This document shows, piece by piece, positions 52,003-62,191 of a DNA stretch of 64,000 nt (within the stretch, counting starts at the first letter, position 1; each line of letters opens with the position of its first letter). The DNA comes from Candidatus Poribacteria bacterium (GTDB lineage Bacteria > Poribacteria > WGA-4E > WGA-3G), in assembly GCA_965197475.1 (NCBI GenBank), contig CBDANF010000003.1, positions 2,304,001 to 2,368,000 of the forward strand, written 5' to 3'. The translations under genes and the position numbers were made by a program. The notes under the pieces are model-generated. The model was given only the letters and a program-made list of their open reading frames with translations, did no database searches and had not been told where the DNA came from.

Positions 52003-52240
52003 CTATTTGCTCCCTTCTTTTCAACAAGTCTTTGTCAACGTAAATGCCAATTCGATCTATTACAGTATATTTGCTGACACCTAAATTCTCGACGTTGATT
52101 CGTAAAAACACTACGAACCATAATTTATTCTGCGATAGATTTTATGAGATAAGTGCAGATAAGGAATAAGTCAGTATGTTATTTATCTTCACTTAACACG
52201 TTATTGGATGCACTTTTTAACGAATTGTTCAATAAAAAAG

Positions 52241-52269
52241 TTGACATACCATAAAAAAGTTGGTAAGAT
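52241..52269 (+). promoter_or_regulatory. Sigma70-type promoter
   Basis: TTGACA-17 nt-TAAGAT with an extended TG. Confidence 0.55.
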
Positions 52270-52320
52270 ATATCAGAAATGTTTCGCTCTTCAGAAAAGT
52301 GATATTTAAGGAGAGAAATA

Positions 52321-53124
52321 ATGAGCCAAGCGTTACCACTCATAGCATATCCCGACCTTGAAAGCCAAGTCACGGCGATGGAAGAAGATGGATATACCTA
52401 TCTGCCAAAGGTTATTGATGCCGAAAAACTCGCGGAACTCCGCGAGGCAATGGATAAATTAACAGCAATTCCTGAGAGTTTTGATAAGCACAGCGTGCCA
52501 GAAAATGGAAACGGTTTTCTTAACAAACATATCAATAACGCTTTTAATCGTGACCGGGTTTTCTTACACTATCTTGACAAGTCACCCGTCATTGAGTTAG
52601 CAGAAGCAGTTCATGGGGGTGATTGTCATGTGATTGGAATGACAGCATGGATAACAGGCCCTGGCCGTCCCGACCAAGGGCTACATTCAGACTGGTTGCC
52701 AATCCCGCTTCCCGCAGACGTTTTAGAAGACCCTCGCGTTAAAGTGCCAATTTACATCACAACCGCACATTACTACTTAGATGACCTTTATGAAGACCTC
52801 GGTCCAACAAAGTTTGTCCCAGGCAGTCATCTTTCTGGACGAAGACCTGATGGCGAAACAGAGTGGAAAGGGGCGAAGGAACAGAGCATCCTTTGCAACG
52901 GCGGCGACGTGGTGATTTTTAGGAGTGAAGTTTGGCATAGAGGCACAGCAAACTGTAGTAACCAAACCCGCTATCTGTTGCAGGTGCATTACGCGAACCG
53001 TATGATAACACAGAAATATCCACCCTATCTGAATCGGTTTCAATTCGATGAATCAATCTTAGAGCAGGCGACAGAACGCCAACAGCGACTAATGGGGAAC
53101 CATCGTCCCGGTGCTTATGATTAA
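52321..53124 (+). CDS. Phytanoyl-CoA dioxygenase (PhyH) family protein
   Basis: LHSD, GPT.FVPGSH and GDV..F..WHRG..N..R. Confidence 0.9.
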   Translation: MSQALPLIAYPDLESQVTAMEEDGYTYLPKVIDAEKLAELREAMDKLTAIPESFDKHSVPENGNGFLNKHINNAFNRDRVFLHYLDKSPVIELAEAVHGGDCHVIGMTAWITGPGRPDQGLHSDWLPIPLPADVLEDPRVKVPIYITTAHYYLDDLYEDLGPTKFVPGSHLSGRRPDGETEWKGAKEQSILCNGGDVVIFRSEVWHRGTANCSNQTRYLLQVHYANRMITQKYPPYLNRFQFDESILEQATERQQRLMGNHRPGAYD

Positions 53125-53177
53125 TGTAACTGCAAATTTTTCAGTAATCGGACCTCACATGAGGACATCAGTTTCCC

Positions 53178-54098
53178 TTGAATAGAAAAGAACCCGTCGG
53201 GACATCACCAATCCGACATGTTATCAACGAAGACCCTCACGGGAAGATTATCGCCCTCAGTTTACTCCTCGCTTTTCTCTGGGGTGGGAATTCGCTTGCG
53301 ATTAAAATCGGTTTGGATGACCTGCCCCCGATGGCACTGGCATTTTTACGTTTTGTTATTGGTCTCGTCGTAGTTGGTGTATGGTCGCTCTATCGTCGAA
53401 CTCCGCTTGGCTTAAACCGAGGGGAATTCTCCCGCCTACTATTGCTCACCGCGATCTTCATATCACAAATCATCGTGTTGAACACTGGCACCATGTTTAC
53501 GACAGCCTCACGCTCAACTATTTTCGTTAACGTATATCCATTCTTTACAGCACTTTTTGCACATTTCTGGATCCCGGGGGAACGCCTCTCTCTAACAAAA
53601 ACATTAGGAATCATCGTTGCCTTCAGCGGTGTTTTTGTAACCGTCGCGCCAAATCTCGGAAAAGGTGAAATAAGTATCCTTGGCGATCTACTTGTTCTTG
53701 TCAGTGGATGTTTTTTGGGACTGCGAGTTGTCGTGACAAAACTGTTAGTCCAATCAATCCACCCGTATCGACTCTTGGTCTGGTATTTAAGTTTGAGTCT
53801 GCCGGTCTATGCTGTCCTGAGTTTTGTGTTTGAACGCGGAGGCACATTCCAATTGACGCTCGCTGGCAGTGCTGCACTCCTCTATCAAGGCGGTGTGGTT
53901 GCTGGCTTCTGTTTTTTGGCATGGACATCAATCCTTGAAAGGTATAGCGCGAGTAAACTTGTCGTACTCTTCTTTGCAACACCACTATCGGGAGTATTGT
54001 TTAGCCACCTGCTTTTAGGTGATGAATTGACGTTTAGTTTGTTGGCGGGTGCTGTTCTGGTAGCAGCTGGGATTTATCTTGTGAATATGCGGCGGTGA
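53178..54098 (+). CDS. EamA/DMT-family transporter
   Basis: LWG, PP..LAFLRF, and two hydrophobic repeats ending in GER/GDE. Confidence 0.9.
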   Translation: MNRKEPVGTSPIRHVINEDPHGKIIALSLLLAFLWGGNSLAIKIGLDDLPPMALAFLRFVIGLVVVGVWSLYRRTPLGLNRGEFSRLLLLTAIFISQIIVLNTGTMFTTASRSTIFVNVYPFFTALFAHFWIPGERLSLTKTLGIIVAFSGVFVTVAPNLGKGEISILGDLLVLVSGCFLGLRVVVTKLLVQSIHPYRLLVWYLSLSLPVYAVLSFVFERGGTFQLTLAGSAALLYQGGVVAGFCFLAWTSILERYSASKLVVLFFATPLSGVLFSHLLLGDELTFSLLAGAVLVAAGIYLVNMRR

Positions 54099-54127
54099 TA
54101 CCTCGTATGTGTATAGTCGTTTTATTT

Positions 54128-54637
54128 CTATGGCGAATTGATAAAGACATCTAAAGCAGTTTGGCTATCGGTTTCAGGATTGAATGTAAGCATGCTCTCG
54201 CTCCTCGCAGCTCTAATAAGACGTTTATCGGAACTAACCAAAATCAACCTATGTCCTTTTATCCGTAATTCATTTGCCTGATCGAGTGCACATTGAAGGA
54301 TAATAGCGTCAGTGCTGTTAAGAGAATGCTTTTCAATGAATTCCCATGAGTCAGTTATCTGATCTTTGGTTGGAAGTACTAATTCTACTTCATTGCGATG
54401 AATAAATTCATTCTCAAATTGCTGTTTTATCTGATTAAAGAGCGTTTTAGTAATGTTCCTATATTTGTCGTTATTTTTATGTCGTACGAAGATGGAGATT
54501 ACTTCACCAACCCCTTCAAGTAAACAAAACATTTGGTATAAAGGAACGCAAGCGAAAAGGTGGTTCATTTCGGGTGTTCCTGTTTCGGAAATGTGGTGTT
54601 TGATAATTGCGCTTGCATCTAACCAGAAATAATTCAC
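54128..54637 (-). CDS. PIN-domain (VapC-like) toxin
   Basis: WLDASA..K..E.G, DAI.L..A and VSSDKRL..AA. Confidence 0.85.
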   Translation of the reverse strand: MNYFWLDASAIIKHHISETGTPEMNHLFACVPLYQMFCLLEGVGEVISIFVRHKNNDKYRNITKTLFNQIKQQFENEFIHRNEVELVLPTKDQITDSWEFIEKHSLNSTDAIILQCALDQANELRIKGHRLILVSSDKRLIRAARSESMLTFNPETDSQTALDVFINSP

Positions 54638-54642
54638 GCGAC

Positions 54643-54963
54643 CTATTTCTCCCGCTCTTCAATTATGGCGCGACTAAAAAGATTGTCTTCTGGTTTTATT
54701 CCCTCCTCCAACAGCAGTTGCTGAATCTCCTCAGCACTAAGGGGTTTGATGTCAGGATTTGGTTTTCCGAGTACTTTTTCAATTAATGGACGCCGCCTCT
54801 CATTCTGTGCCCGTACACGTGCCAACCGAGCGGCCTGGTACTCTTCGGGTGTGAGTGATTTCATTAAAGGTGCTTGAAGTTTTTCTAACTCCTTTTTCAC
54901 CTCTGCTAAATCCCATTCAAGTTGGTCTATTTTTATGAGCAGTTTCGTTATAGAGGGTATCAT
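54643..54963 (-). CDS. Putative antitoxin
   Basis: Small gene directly upstream of the PIN gene, ending SRAIIEERE. GAGGAG RBS. Confidence 0.7.
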   Translation of the reverse strand: MIPSITKLLIKIDQLEWDLAEVKKELEKLQAPLMKSLTPEEYQAARLARVRAQNERRRPLIEKVLGKPNPDIKPLSAEEIQQLLLEEGIKPEDNLFSRAIIEEREK

Positions 54964-55166
54964 AAGTCTTCTCCTCATTAGCGTCAGAAGGTGTAATACC
55001 AAATTAACTTGATCTCACTCGGTAGGCGCGCTTTGTAAGCGCGCCTAACAGCCAGAAAAACAAGATAAATCCGGTAAATTTGGTATAATGTTAATTGCAA
55101 TAACATACTTCTAATCAGGTACATGGTGAAGTCTAAAACCTCACCATACCAAAGCAGAAATAGCGT

Positions 55167-55790
55167 TTAACTACGTATCTGTTCATTCACGGTGACAGGA
55201 TAAATTTCAATGTCAGGACGCGATATGAGCAAACCAACGTAAAAAGTGAGCCATTTCCCACACAGTTCAATAGACATCAATTCTTCGTTATCGCTGATGT
55301 ATTCATGGAGTTCTGCTTCAAATTCCTGTTGTCCTTGCGCATCGGTAACGGTAAGTTTTGCTGAGACAACCTCCTGTCGGTTATATACAACGGTGATTTC
55401 CTCGCCCTCGTTATCAGGATCGGGATAATAGAGCGTCATCTCGTCTGGCAACGGATCACCGAGTTCCTGTTCACCATCAACAATCCACCGCGAGATTTCG
55501 TACTCGTCCTTTGTTCCAGCAATGTGATCAACTCCGACCACAAGCTCCCCATCCACATCTTTGATGTGATACATATAGCGGAGAAGACCGTCGCCTTCGT
55601 ATTTCTTTCGCGTGAAAAGCGTAAAGGCGTGCGAGGTATTCCCTGTATCCTGATATGTGGTAATGTCAGAGAGTTCAATTATACTGTTAATCGGAATGTC
55701 AACTAACTCATGCCGTTCCGGCTTTTTATCCGCTTCCTCTTTCCGTTTGCCAAAAAGAGGTTTCCCTTCTTTTCTACCAAATAGTGCCAT
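55167..55790 (-). CDS. Acidic hypothetical protein (DUF4178-like)
   Basis: Beta-rich acidic protein ending LMSIE..W..YVG..I....I. Family resemblance is by eye only. Confidence 0.55.
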   Translation of the reverse strand: MALFGRKEGKPLFGKRKEEADKKPERHELVDIPINSIIELSDITTYQDTGNTSHAFTLFTRKKYEGDGLLRYMYHIKDVDGELVVGVDHIAGTKDEYEISRWIVDGEQELGDPLPDEMTLYYPDPDNEGEEITVVYNRQEVVSAKLTVTDAQGQQEFEAELHEYISDNEELMSIELCGKWLTFYVGLLISRPDIEIYPVTVNEQIRS

Positions 55791-55798
55791 ACCACCAC

Positions 55799-56875
55799 CT
55801 AAAAATAACCCTTGTTGTACAATACCAACATGATTCCGCCAACAATGATGAGACTACCAAATATGAGAACGAACCACATTGCCCCTGAGGTTTTCTTCTC
55901 TACAATAATCCTTTGGGGTGGTGCGCGCTGTGTATTACTCGTTACATTCGGCGTTTCGGCAGATGCAATGAGTTCCTGTCTTAGAGCCTCTTCATCAGGA
56001 AGTTCTTCAACAGTGACAACCTCCGCACCTTCCCCATAAAACTTATCTGGATTCTCTTCAACATAACTTGCGACATAATCTTCATCCTGATTTGTGTCAG
56101 GATCTACGTAGTTAGAGTTCGGATCAATTCCTTGGCTTTCGTAGTACTCCTTATAATACTCGTACTCCGCTTGCTTCTTGGCATCCCAATGCGATCGGTC
56201 GTAATCCCGATGATGATAATGCCACAAGTAACTATGACGAATCGAATGGTTGTAATAATCATGGAACCATATATTGAACATGATGTTATTATACATCATG
56301 GATGCTTGAAGACTGTAGATTGAATACCCATGCACGGGGTAGAAACCACCGTAGTTGTTAACTGTGATAGTTGAACGTTGTTGCCTACGAGCTTGCACAG
56401 TTTGTCGGTTTGCTTTCGTGACCTGTCGTTTCAAGCTGCGGTTTTCTGATTTAAGCTGTCGTACCTGTTTACGGCCTTGTGCCGTGGTTTGACGCTGTTG
56501 GCTACGCGTAGCAGTGCTATTCCGTGTTGACGTTGTGTTTGTCGTTTTTGCACGATTCGTTGCAGTCTGTTTCTGACGTGCTGACGTGCTGGCGCGTGTG
56601 GAAGTACTTTTTGATGTACGACTTCCGCTGTAGCTGCTGCCGGTACTTCGGGTGCTACGGGTTGGAGTAGAACGTTTTGGTGCTGTGTAACTCTTTGTGC
56701 TACGGCTTGTACTTCTGCTAAAGCTGCGGCTAAAACTACGACCACCACCAAAACCCCCACGGCGACTTTCTACAATATCGGGTGCATACACTAATAAAAA
56801 GAGGACAATCCCGATAAATGACAGGATACGTTTGCATTTACCACTAATTGAAAGTTGTTGGATTTTACGCGTCAT
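55799..56875 (-). CDS. Exported membrane-anchored low-complexity protein
   Basis: Signal/TM segment, RGG/RS-rich tract, coiled coil, Tyr/His-rich segment and C-terminal TM. Confidence 0.7.
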   Translation of the reverse strand: MTRKIQQLSISGKCKRILSFIGIVLFLLVYAPDIVESRRGGFGGGRSFSRSFSRSTSRSTKSYTAPKRSTPTRSTRSTGSSYSGSRTSKSTSTRASTSARQKQTATNRAKTTNTTSTRNSTATRSQQRQTTAQGRKQVRQLKSENRSLKRQVTKANRQTVQARRQQRSTITVNNYGGFYPVHGYSIYSLQASMMYNNIMFNIWFHDYYNHSIRHSYLWHYHHRDYDRSHWDAKKQAEYEYYKEYYESQGIDPNSNYVDPDTNQDEDYVASYVEENPDKFYGEGAEVVTVEELPDEEALRQELIASAETPNVTSNTQRAPPQRIIVEKKTSGAMWFVLIFGSLIIVGGIMLVLYNKGYF

Positions 56876-56909
56876 ACTGAAATTCCTCCCAATTCTTTAC
56901 ACAAAAAAC

Positions 56910-56938
56910 TTGACAAAAATATCTGAATTTGTTAAACT
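56910..56938 (+). promoter_or_regulatory. tRNA promoter
   Basis: TTGACA-17 nt-TAAACT with an extended TG. Confidence 0.55.
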
Positions 56939-56958
56939 ATTAAAACCTGTTATAATTT

Positions 56959-57032
<74 letters not shown>

Positions 57033-57142
57033 TTTATATTCCTTCGTCGGTTAGGAAAACCTTTTTTAATTGTACCTATCACTCAATTAATATTATGTTA
57101 TCATGAATAGGAATGCGTGTCAAGGATATTGAAAGGAAAAAT

Positions 57143-58015
57143 ATGGCACTTGACGTACGTGATTCGCGTCTTTTAGATTTGATTGATTCAGAAGCAGTTG
57201 TAGAACAATTGGCTACCGGATGCAAATTTACTGAGGGACCGCTGTGGAACTCTATCGGAAGGTATCTGCTTTTTAGCGATATTCCTGCAAACAAAATCCG
57301 GCGATGGGATGTGCAATCCGGAATGACGGTTTTCAGAGACCCTTCTGGAAAGTCAAATGGCTTAACTTACGATAAAGGCGGTCACCTGATAGCTTGCGAA
57401 CATGCCAACCGCCGAGTGTCGCGAACAACGGCGGACGGAGATGTGCTCACGATTGCTTCCCATTATGAGGGCAAACGCCTCAACAGTCCGAACGATGTCG
57501 TTGTAAAATCCGATGGCGGCATCTATTTCACGGATCCACCTTACGGGTTATCCTCAGCATCGGAAAAAGAACTCGATTTTCAAGGTGTTTACCGCTTGTC
57601 ACCCGATGGCGCAACGTTGACACTTCTTGTTGATGATTTTGATAAACCGAACGGCATATGCTTTTCACCTGATGAGTCTATCCTTTATATTAATGACACC
57701 CAACGCATGCATGTGCGTGCATTCGATGTCCAACTTGATAGCACAATAGCAAACGGTCGCGTTTTCGCTGAAGAAAAAGGGGACAACGGAAAACCGGACG
57801 GCATGAAGGTTGATGTGAAAGGAAATGTCTATCTTACAGGACCGAATGGAATTTGGATATTCGCGCCAGATGGAACACATCTTGGAATCATTATCGTCCC
57901 CGAACGCACCGCTAATCTTGCATGGGGTGGTGATTATTGGAAAAGTCTTTTCATTACGGCAAGCACGTCTGTCTATCGTATAGAATGCAAAATAGCAGGA
58001 ATAGCAGTGTCGTAA
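57143..58015 (+). CDS. SMP-30/gluconolactonase family protein
   Basis: FTEGP.W, LNSPND, YFTDP, PNGI.FSPD and PDGMKVD. Confidence 0.93.
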   Translation: MALDVRDSRLLDLIDSEAVVEQLATGCKFTEGPLWNSIGRYLLFSDIPANKIRRWDVQSGMTVFRDPSGKSNGLTYDKGGHLIACEHANRRVSRTTADGDVLTIASHYEGKRLNSPNDVVVKSDGGIYFTDPPYGLSSASEKELDFQGVYRLSPDGATLTLLVDDFDKPNGICFSPDESILYINDTQRMHVRAFDVQLDSTIANGRVFAEEKGDNGKPDGMKVDVKGNVYLTGPNGIWIFAPDGTHLGIIIVPERTANLAWGGDYWKSLFITASTSVYRIECKIAGIAVS

Positions 58016-58446
58016 TGAAAGTGAAAATCAAACGGGTTGATAAATCCCTCCCATTGCCGAAATACGAAACAAAAGGTTCTGTCGGATTTGATCTGCTCTG
58101 CCGAGAATCAGCGGAAATCACCCCCCATAGTATTGTTTTAATCCCAGCGAACGTAATTGTAGAAACGCCCCCTGGCTACATGCTGATGGTATGTTTACGT
58201 AGCAGTACACCACGTAAATTCGGTTTAATGATGCCCCAAGGTGTAGGCATTGTTGACAATGACTATTGCGGTGAAGAGGATGAGCTAAAAATTCAGGTAT
58301 ACAATTTCACCGACGCACCTGTGACGATTGAGAGAGGCAGTCGGATTGCACAAGCAATTTTTGTCCGAGTGGATACGGCAGAATGGAATGAAGTAGAACA
58401 GATGGCCGCACCATCACGAGGTGGGTTTGGCAGCACAGATTGGTAA
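58015..58446 (+). CDS. dut: Trimeric dUTPase
   Basis: GFDL, RSS, GIVDNDY.G, RIAQ and RGGFGST. TAATG coupling. Confidence 0.93.
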   Translation: MKVKIKRVDKSLPLPKYETKGSVGFDLLCRESAEITPHSIVLIPANVIVETPPGYMLMVCLRSSTPRKFGLMMPQGVGIVDNDYCGEEDELKIQVYNFTDAPVTIERGSRIAQAIFVRVDTAEWNEVEQMAAPSRGGFGSTDW

Positions 58447-58517
58447 CTTTATGCTCCGAAATGCGTTTTTATATACACAAAAACGTCATTGTTATTAAGG
58501 GAGCTTTAGTAGCAGAC

Positions 58518-59315
58518 ATGAAACAGTATCTTGAAGGACTCCAACAGATATTAGATACCGGTGTTGATCGCGAGGGTAGAAACGGGAAAACCCGCGCCCT
58601 TTTCGGCATGCAAATGCGATATAATCTGGAAGATGGGTTTCCTGCGGTAACGACAAAGCAGCTAGCTTTCCAATCAGTGAAAGCGGAACTTCTCGGTTTT
58701 CTGCGTGGTTACGATCACGTCAAACAATTTCAGAAGCTTGGCACACAAATATGGAATGCAAACGCTGCTGCATGGGGACGCGAGGGTGCTCTTGGTTGTA
58801 TTTACGGTGTCCAATGGCGCCGTTGGCGAAAAGAAAACGGCAGAATTGATCAGTTGGCGAAGGTCATTGAACAACTCAAGGTAAATCCACACAGTCGTAG
58901 ACACGTTGTTACCGCCTGGAATCCAGCAGAATTGGATCAGATGGCGTTAGTACCGTGCCACATGTTTTTTCAATTCTTTGTAGCGGACGGCAAATTGTCG
59001 TTGCAGATGTATCAACGTAGTTGTGATATGTTCCTCGGAGTCCCCTTTAATATTGCATCCTACTCGCTATTGCTGTCTATGATAGCACAGATCACTGATC
59101 TTCAACCGAGTGAATTTATCCATGTTTTGGGGGATGCACACATCTACCATGAACATTTTGAACAAGTTAAAACACAACTCCAGCGACAAACCTATCCGTT
59201 GCCACAACTCATCCTGAACACGAATGTGACATCAATTGACAATTTCAGAATTCAAGATATGCGGTTAAAGGATTATCAGCATCACGATGCAATTCGCGCT
59301 AAGATGATTGTTTAA
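58518..59315 (+). CDS. thyA: Thymidylate synthase
   Basis: YGVQWR, MALVPCH, YQRSCDMFLGVPFN and DAHIY..H. Confidence 0.97.
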   Translation: MKQYLEGLQQILDTGVDREGRNGKTRALFGMQMRYNLEDGFPAVTTKQLAFQSVKAELLGFLRGYDHVKQFQKLGTQIWNANAAAWGREGALGCIYGVQWRRWRKENGRIDQLAKVIEQLKVNPHSRRHVVTAWNPAELDQMALVPCHMFFQFFVADGKLSLQMYQRSCDMFLGVPFNIASYSLLLSMIAQITDLQPSEFIHVLGDAHIYHEHFEQVKTQLQRQTYPLPQLILNTNVTSIDNFRIQDMRLKDYQHHDAIRAKMIV

Positions 59316-59327
59316 GAGGAGACTAAA

Positions 59328-60137
59328 ATGACCAAAATAAACGGTCTAATAACGCTCTTTATATCTCTCACTATAGTGCTTGTCAGTTGTGGAAAACCTA
59401 CCCCCGGTTACAAAATCTATCGGATTAATGATACGCTTTTAGTCTTTTTGGCTATGAAAGACTCCTCTAAAATCGCTGATGCTACAATTGATAATAATGA
59501 ACTGCATGTAGATATTGCTACCGGTAAAAAGATCGAGAATCGTGTAACGTCGCTGGATAAGGCTTTTAAGTTTACAATAATTGAACCTGATGAGACCCTT
59601 GAAATTCACGGCACAAACAGGATAAACGGGTACGGTGTTGTCCATTTAACAGTCTCTTCTCCTAGACCCAGAAAAATGTCAATGTCCTTTCACTGGAGTG
59701 GTTGGCAAGTAAAAGATTTCCCGAAGAAACCTGGGCCTTTTGCCAATTCCGGTGCTTTTCGGGTTGGAGACAGAATAATGGCTTACTGTTATCTTCCAGA
59801 AGTAAAAAAACCGAAAAAGAAAAAACCTATGTTTTGGATAAAATTTGATGTTAAACACACACCCAAAACTTCGACTGCTTACACCTTTGAAGATAATATG
59901 CTTCATATAGAAACCTACAAAGCGGATTCCAATAAACTAAATAAATTAATTCGTAAGTTAAGTTTTCCGCTTGATGACCTTGAACCTCATGAAACAGTAG
60001 AAGTTGAGGATAAGAAAAAATTAGGTGAGGATATTCATATTGCGTATTTGAAAGTTGTGCCAAAGAAAAACGAACCGACGAGAGTTGTCCCAAAGAGAAG
60101 TCGACCAACTCACCATCCTATTTTGATAGACCGCTGA
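59328..60137 (+). CDS. Hypothetical lipoprotein (paralogue of the next gene)
   Basis: LVSC lipobox, GAGGAG RBS. Confidence 0.7.
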   Translation: MTKINGLITLFISLTIVLVSCGKPTPGYKIYRINDTLLVFLAMKDSSKIADATIDNNELHVDIATGKKIENRVTSLDKAFKFTIIEPDETLEIHGTNRINGYGVVHLTVSSPRPRKMSMSFHWSGWQVKDFPKKPGPFANSGAFRVGDRIMAYCYLPEVKKPKKKKPMFWIKFDVKHTPKTSTAYTFEDNMLHIETYKADSNKLNKLIRKLSFPLDDLEPHETVEVEDKKKLGEDIHIAYLKVVPKKNEPTRVVPKRSRPTHHPILIDR

Positions 60138-60175
60138 GGTTTCTACTTCCTGCCTGAAATTCAGAGAACAACCAG

Positions 60176-60892
60176 ATGAAAACAAGAACACTTTACATCA
60201 TTAGTTTCTTACTACTGTTTTCGAGTTGTAAAGTTGAACAGCAAGTAGAATATTTTGGTTTTACTGGCGATAAGAAATGTTGTACAGTTAAGGTATTTAT
60301 GCCAGACAATTGGAAAATCGTCAACGCTCAACTTGAGTCTAACCATCTGAACTTAGCATTCGATAAAGGCAGAGGAATAGAAAAACAAAGTTTTCCGGAT
60401 TCATTCTCAAACATTGATGCTGATGACAGCATTCAATTCAGAGGGGCAAACAGGGTAGGCAGGTTAGCACTTTTGCATTTTACCAAGGAAGAAGATCCAC
60501 AAAGTGCATTCAATCCACCGGTTGCTCAATCTGGTACTACCGAAGGTTTAGGAACATTTGAAAAATATGCTATTTTCCGTACAAGCAATTGGCTTATGGT
60601 CCATTTCTCTATAGAAAGTACCCAGAGAGATAATCTTCCTTTTCTTAACCTAAAGCAGCACTATTATGGAGATGTTGATCTCAATCGTTCGCCTTACTGT
60701 AAACTCACCAAAGAAGCCTTGCTTATCGTATTTGGCAAGGATAATCGAGAAAAACGAAGTTTTCCTATCCATGATTTTATAGAACAGCATGAGGTAGTTG
60801 AATATGGTGGAGGAGGGGCTGGTGTTGGCGAAATTAGAATTGAGCTTACACAACATTTCAAAATTGTCCCTATACAGAAGAAGGAGCAGTGA
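60176..60892 (+). CDS. Hypothetical lipoprotein (paralogue of the previous gene)
   Basis: FSSC lipobox and shared sequence blocks with 59328-60137. Confidence 0.7.
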   Translation: MKTRTLYIISFLLLFSSCKVEQQVEYFGFTGDKKCCTVKVFMPDNWKIVNAQLESNHLNLAFDKGRGIEKQSFPDSFSNIDADDSIQFRGANRVGRLALLHFTKEEDPQSAFNPPVAQSGTTEGLGTFEKYAIFRTSNWLMVHFSIESTQRDNLPFLNLKQHYYGDVDLNRSPYCKLTKEALLIVFGKDNREKRSFPIHDFIEQHEVVEYGGGGAGVGEIRIELTQHFKIVPIQKKEQ

Positions 60893-60934
60893 ACTACAAC
60901 CACAGTATTGCGAACCGTAGGAGTACTAAAAACA

Positions 60935-61438
60935 TTGCGAATCTCAATGATTGCTGCCATAGATAAAAACCGACTTATTGGTAACGGGCCACATATTCCG
61001 TGGCAGTTACCTGCTGACCTTCGACATTTTCGTGATATGACAATTGGCAAACCTGTGGTGATGGGACGTAAGACTTTTGAAACACTTAAACGTCCGTTAG
61101 CAAAGCGGCGAAACATCATCCTCACACGCAACCGCGACTACGAAACACCGCAAGAATGTATAGTTGCTCATTCAGTCGAGGATGTCATCAAAACTGCAGA
61201 GACACTTTCTGAAAACGGTGCATCGGAACTCATGATATGTGGTGGTGCGCCTATTTACGCAGCTTTTTTACCGCATGCAAGTCGACTCTATCTCACCCAG
61301 ATTCACGCGACTTTTGAGGGAGATGTCTATTTTCCTGAATTTGATTGGAATGAGTGGAAAGAAGTGAAACGGACTGACTGTGAAGTAGACGAGAAAAATC
61401 CTTATCCTTACAGTTTTCTGTTTTTAGAAAAGAAGTAG
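60935..61438 (+). CDS. folA: Dihydrofolate reductase
   Basis: IG..IPW.LPADL..F, MGRKTFE, RRNIILT, ICGG..IY and GDVYFP. Confidence 0.97.
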   Translation: MRISMIAAIDKNRLIGNGPHIPWQLPADLRHFRDMTIGKPVVMGRKTFETLKRPLAKRRNIILTRNRDYETPQECIVAHSVEDVIKTAETLSENGASELMICGGAPIYAAFLPHASRLYLTQIHATFEGDVYFPEFDWNEWKEVKRTDCEVDEKNPYPYSFLFLEKK

Positions 61439-61444
61439 AATAGA

Positions 61445-62107
61445 TTGATCACTATTTTCTTTTGGAGCAAACCTGTGCTAAACTTATGCATGCTTTCCGG
61501 TTCTTTTGAATACGACTCTGAAATATCATTAAATACTTTCAAAACGTTCGTTGAGAAAAACTACCCGATCCAAGCAAATTTGATTGCCTACAATTCAGAA
61601 GATGATGACCCATCTTCAGTAGCATTAGACGATGCGGATGCCTTGCTGGTATTTACGCGTCGCCTTAATACAGATGGGGAATCGCTCAGACAATTTCAAA
61701 CGTATTGCGAACAAGGCAGACCGCTTGTTGGAATCAGAACAGCCAGTCATGCGTATCAGAACTGGTTGGAATTTGATAAAGTCATGTTAGGTGGAGACTA
61801 TCAAGGACATTACGGACACGGTCCCGCTGTCCAATTAGAAGCAGTTACACCAGACCATCCAATTCTGAACGGTATTCCGAAATTTGAAAGTTATGGTAGC
61901 CTCTACAAAAATCCATCGCTTCGTGACGATACGTCTGTGCTAATGATGGGACATACGGACGAACATTCGGAACCGGTAGCATGGACACGTTTACATAATG
62001 GTGGACGTATTTTTTACACTTCATTAGGACATCAGAAGGATTTTGAGTTAGAACCGTTCTTGCGATTTCTTGCACAAAGCATTCTGTGGGTCTCAAAACA
62101 GATTTAG
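61445..62107 (+). CDS. ThuA-like domain protein
   Basis: VGIRTASHA, LGG.Y.GH and EPVAW..GGRIFYTSLGH. Confidence 0.85.
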   Translation: MITIFFWSKPVLNLCMLSGSFEYDSEISLNTFKTFVEKNYPIQANLIAYNSEDDDPSSVALDDADALLVFTRRLNTDGESLRQFQTYCEQGRPLVGIRTASHAYQNWLEFDKVMLGGDYQGHYGHGPAVQLEAVTPDHPILNGIPKFESYGSLYKNPSLRDDTSVLMMGHTDEHSEPVAWTRLHNGGRIFYTSLGHQKDFELEPFLRFLAQSILWVSKQI

Positions 62108-62191
62108 GAAAATTGAAATATCTGAACCTATAGGACAGGAATTAATTATTCTTTGTATGCCTCTGTGATTTTAGCAGGGTATTTTTGAGAT

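Noticed and set aside
58015-61438. dut-thyA-folA as prophage auxiliary genes
   Set aside because: No phage structural, replication or integrase genes nearby. Consistent with a host dTMP operon.
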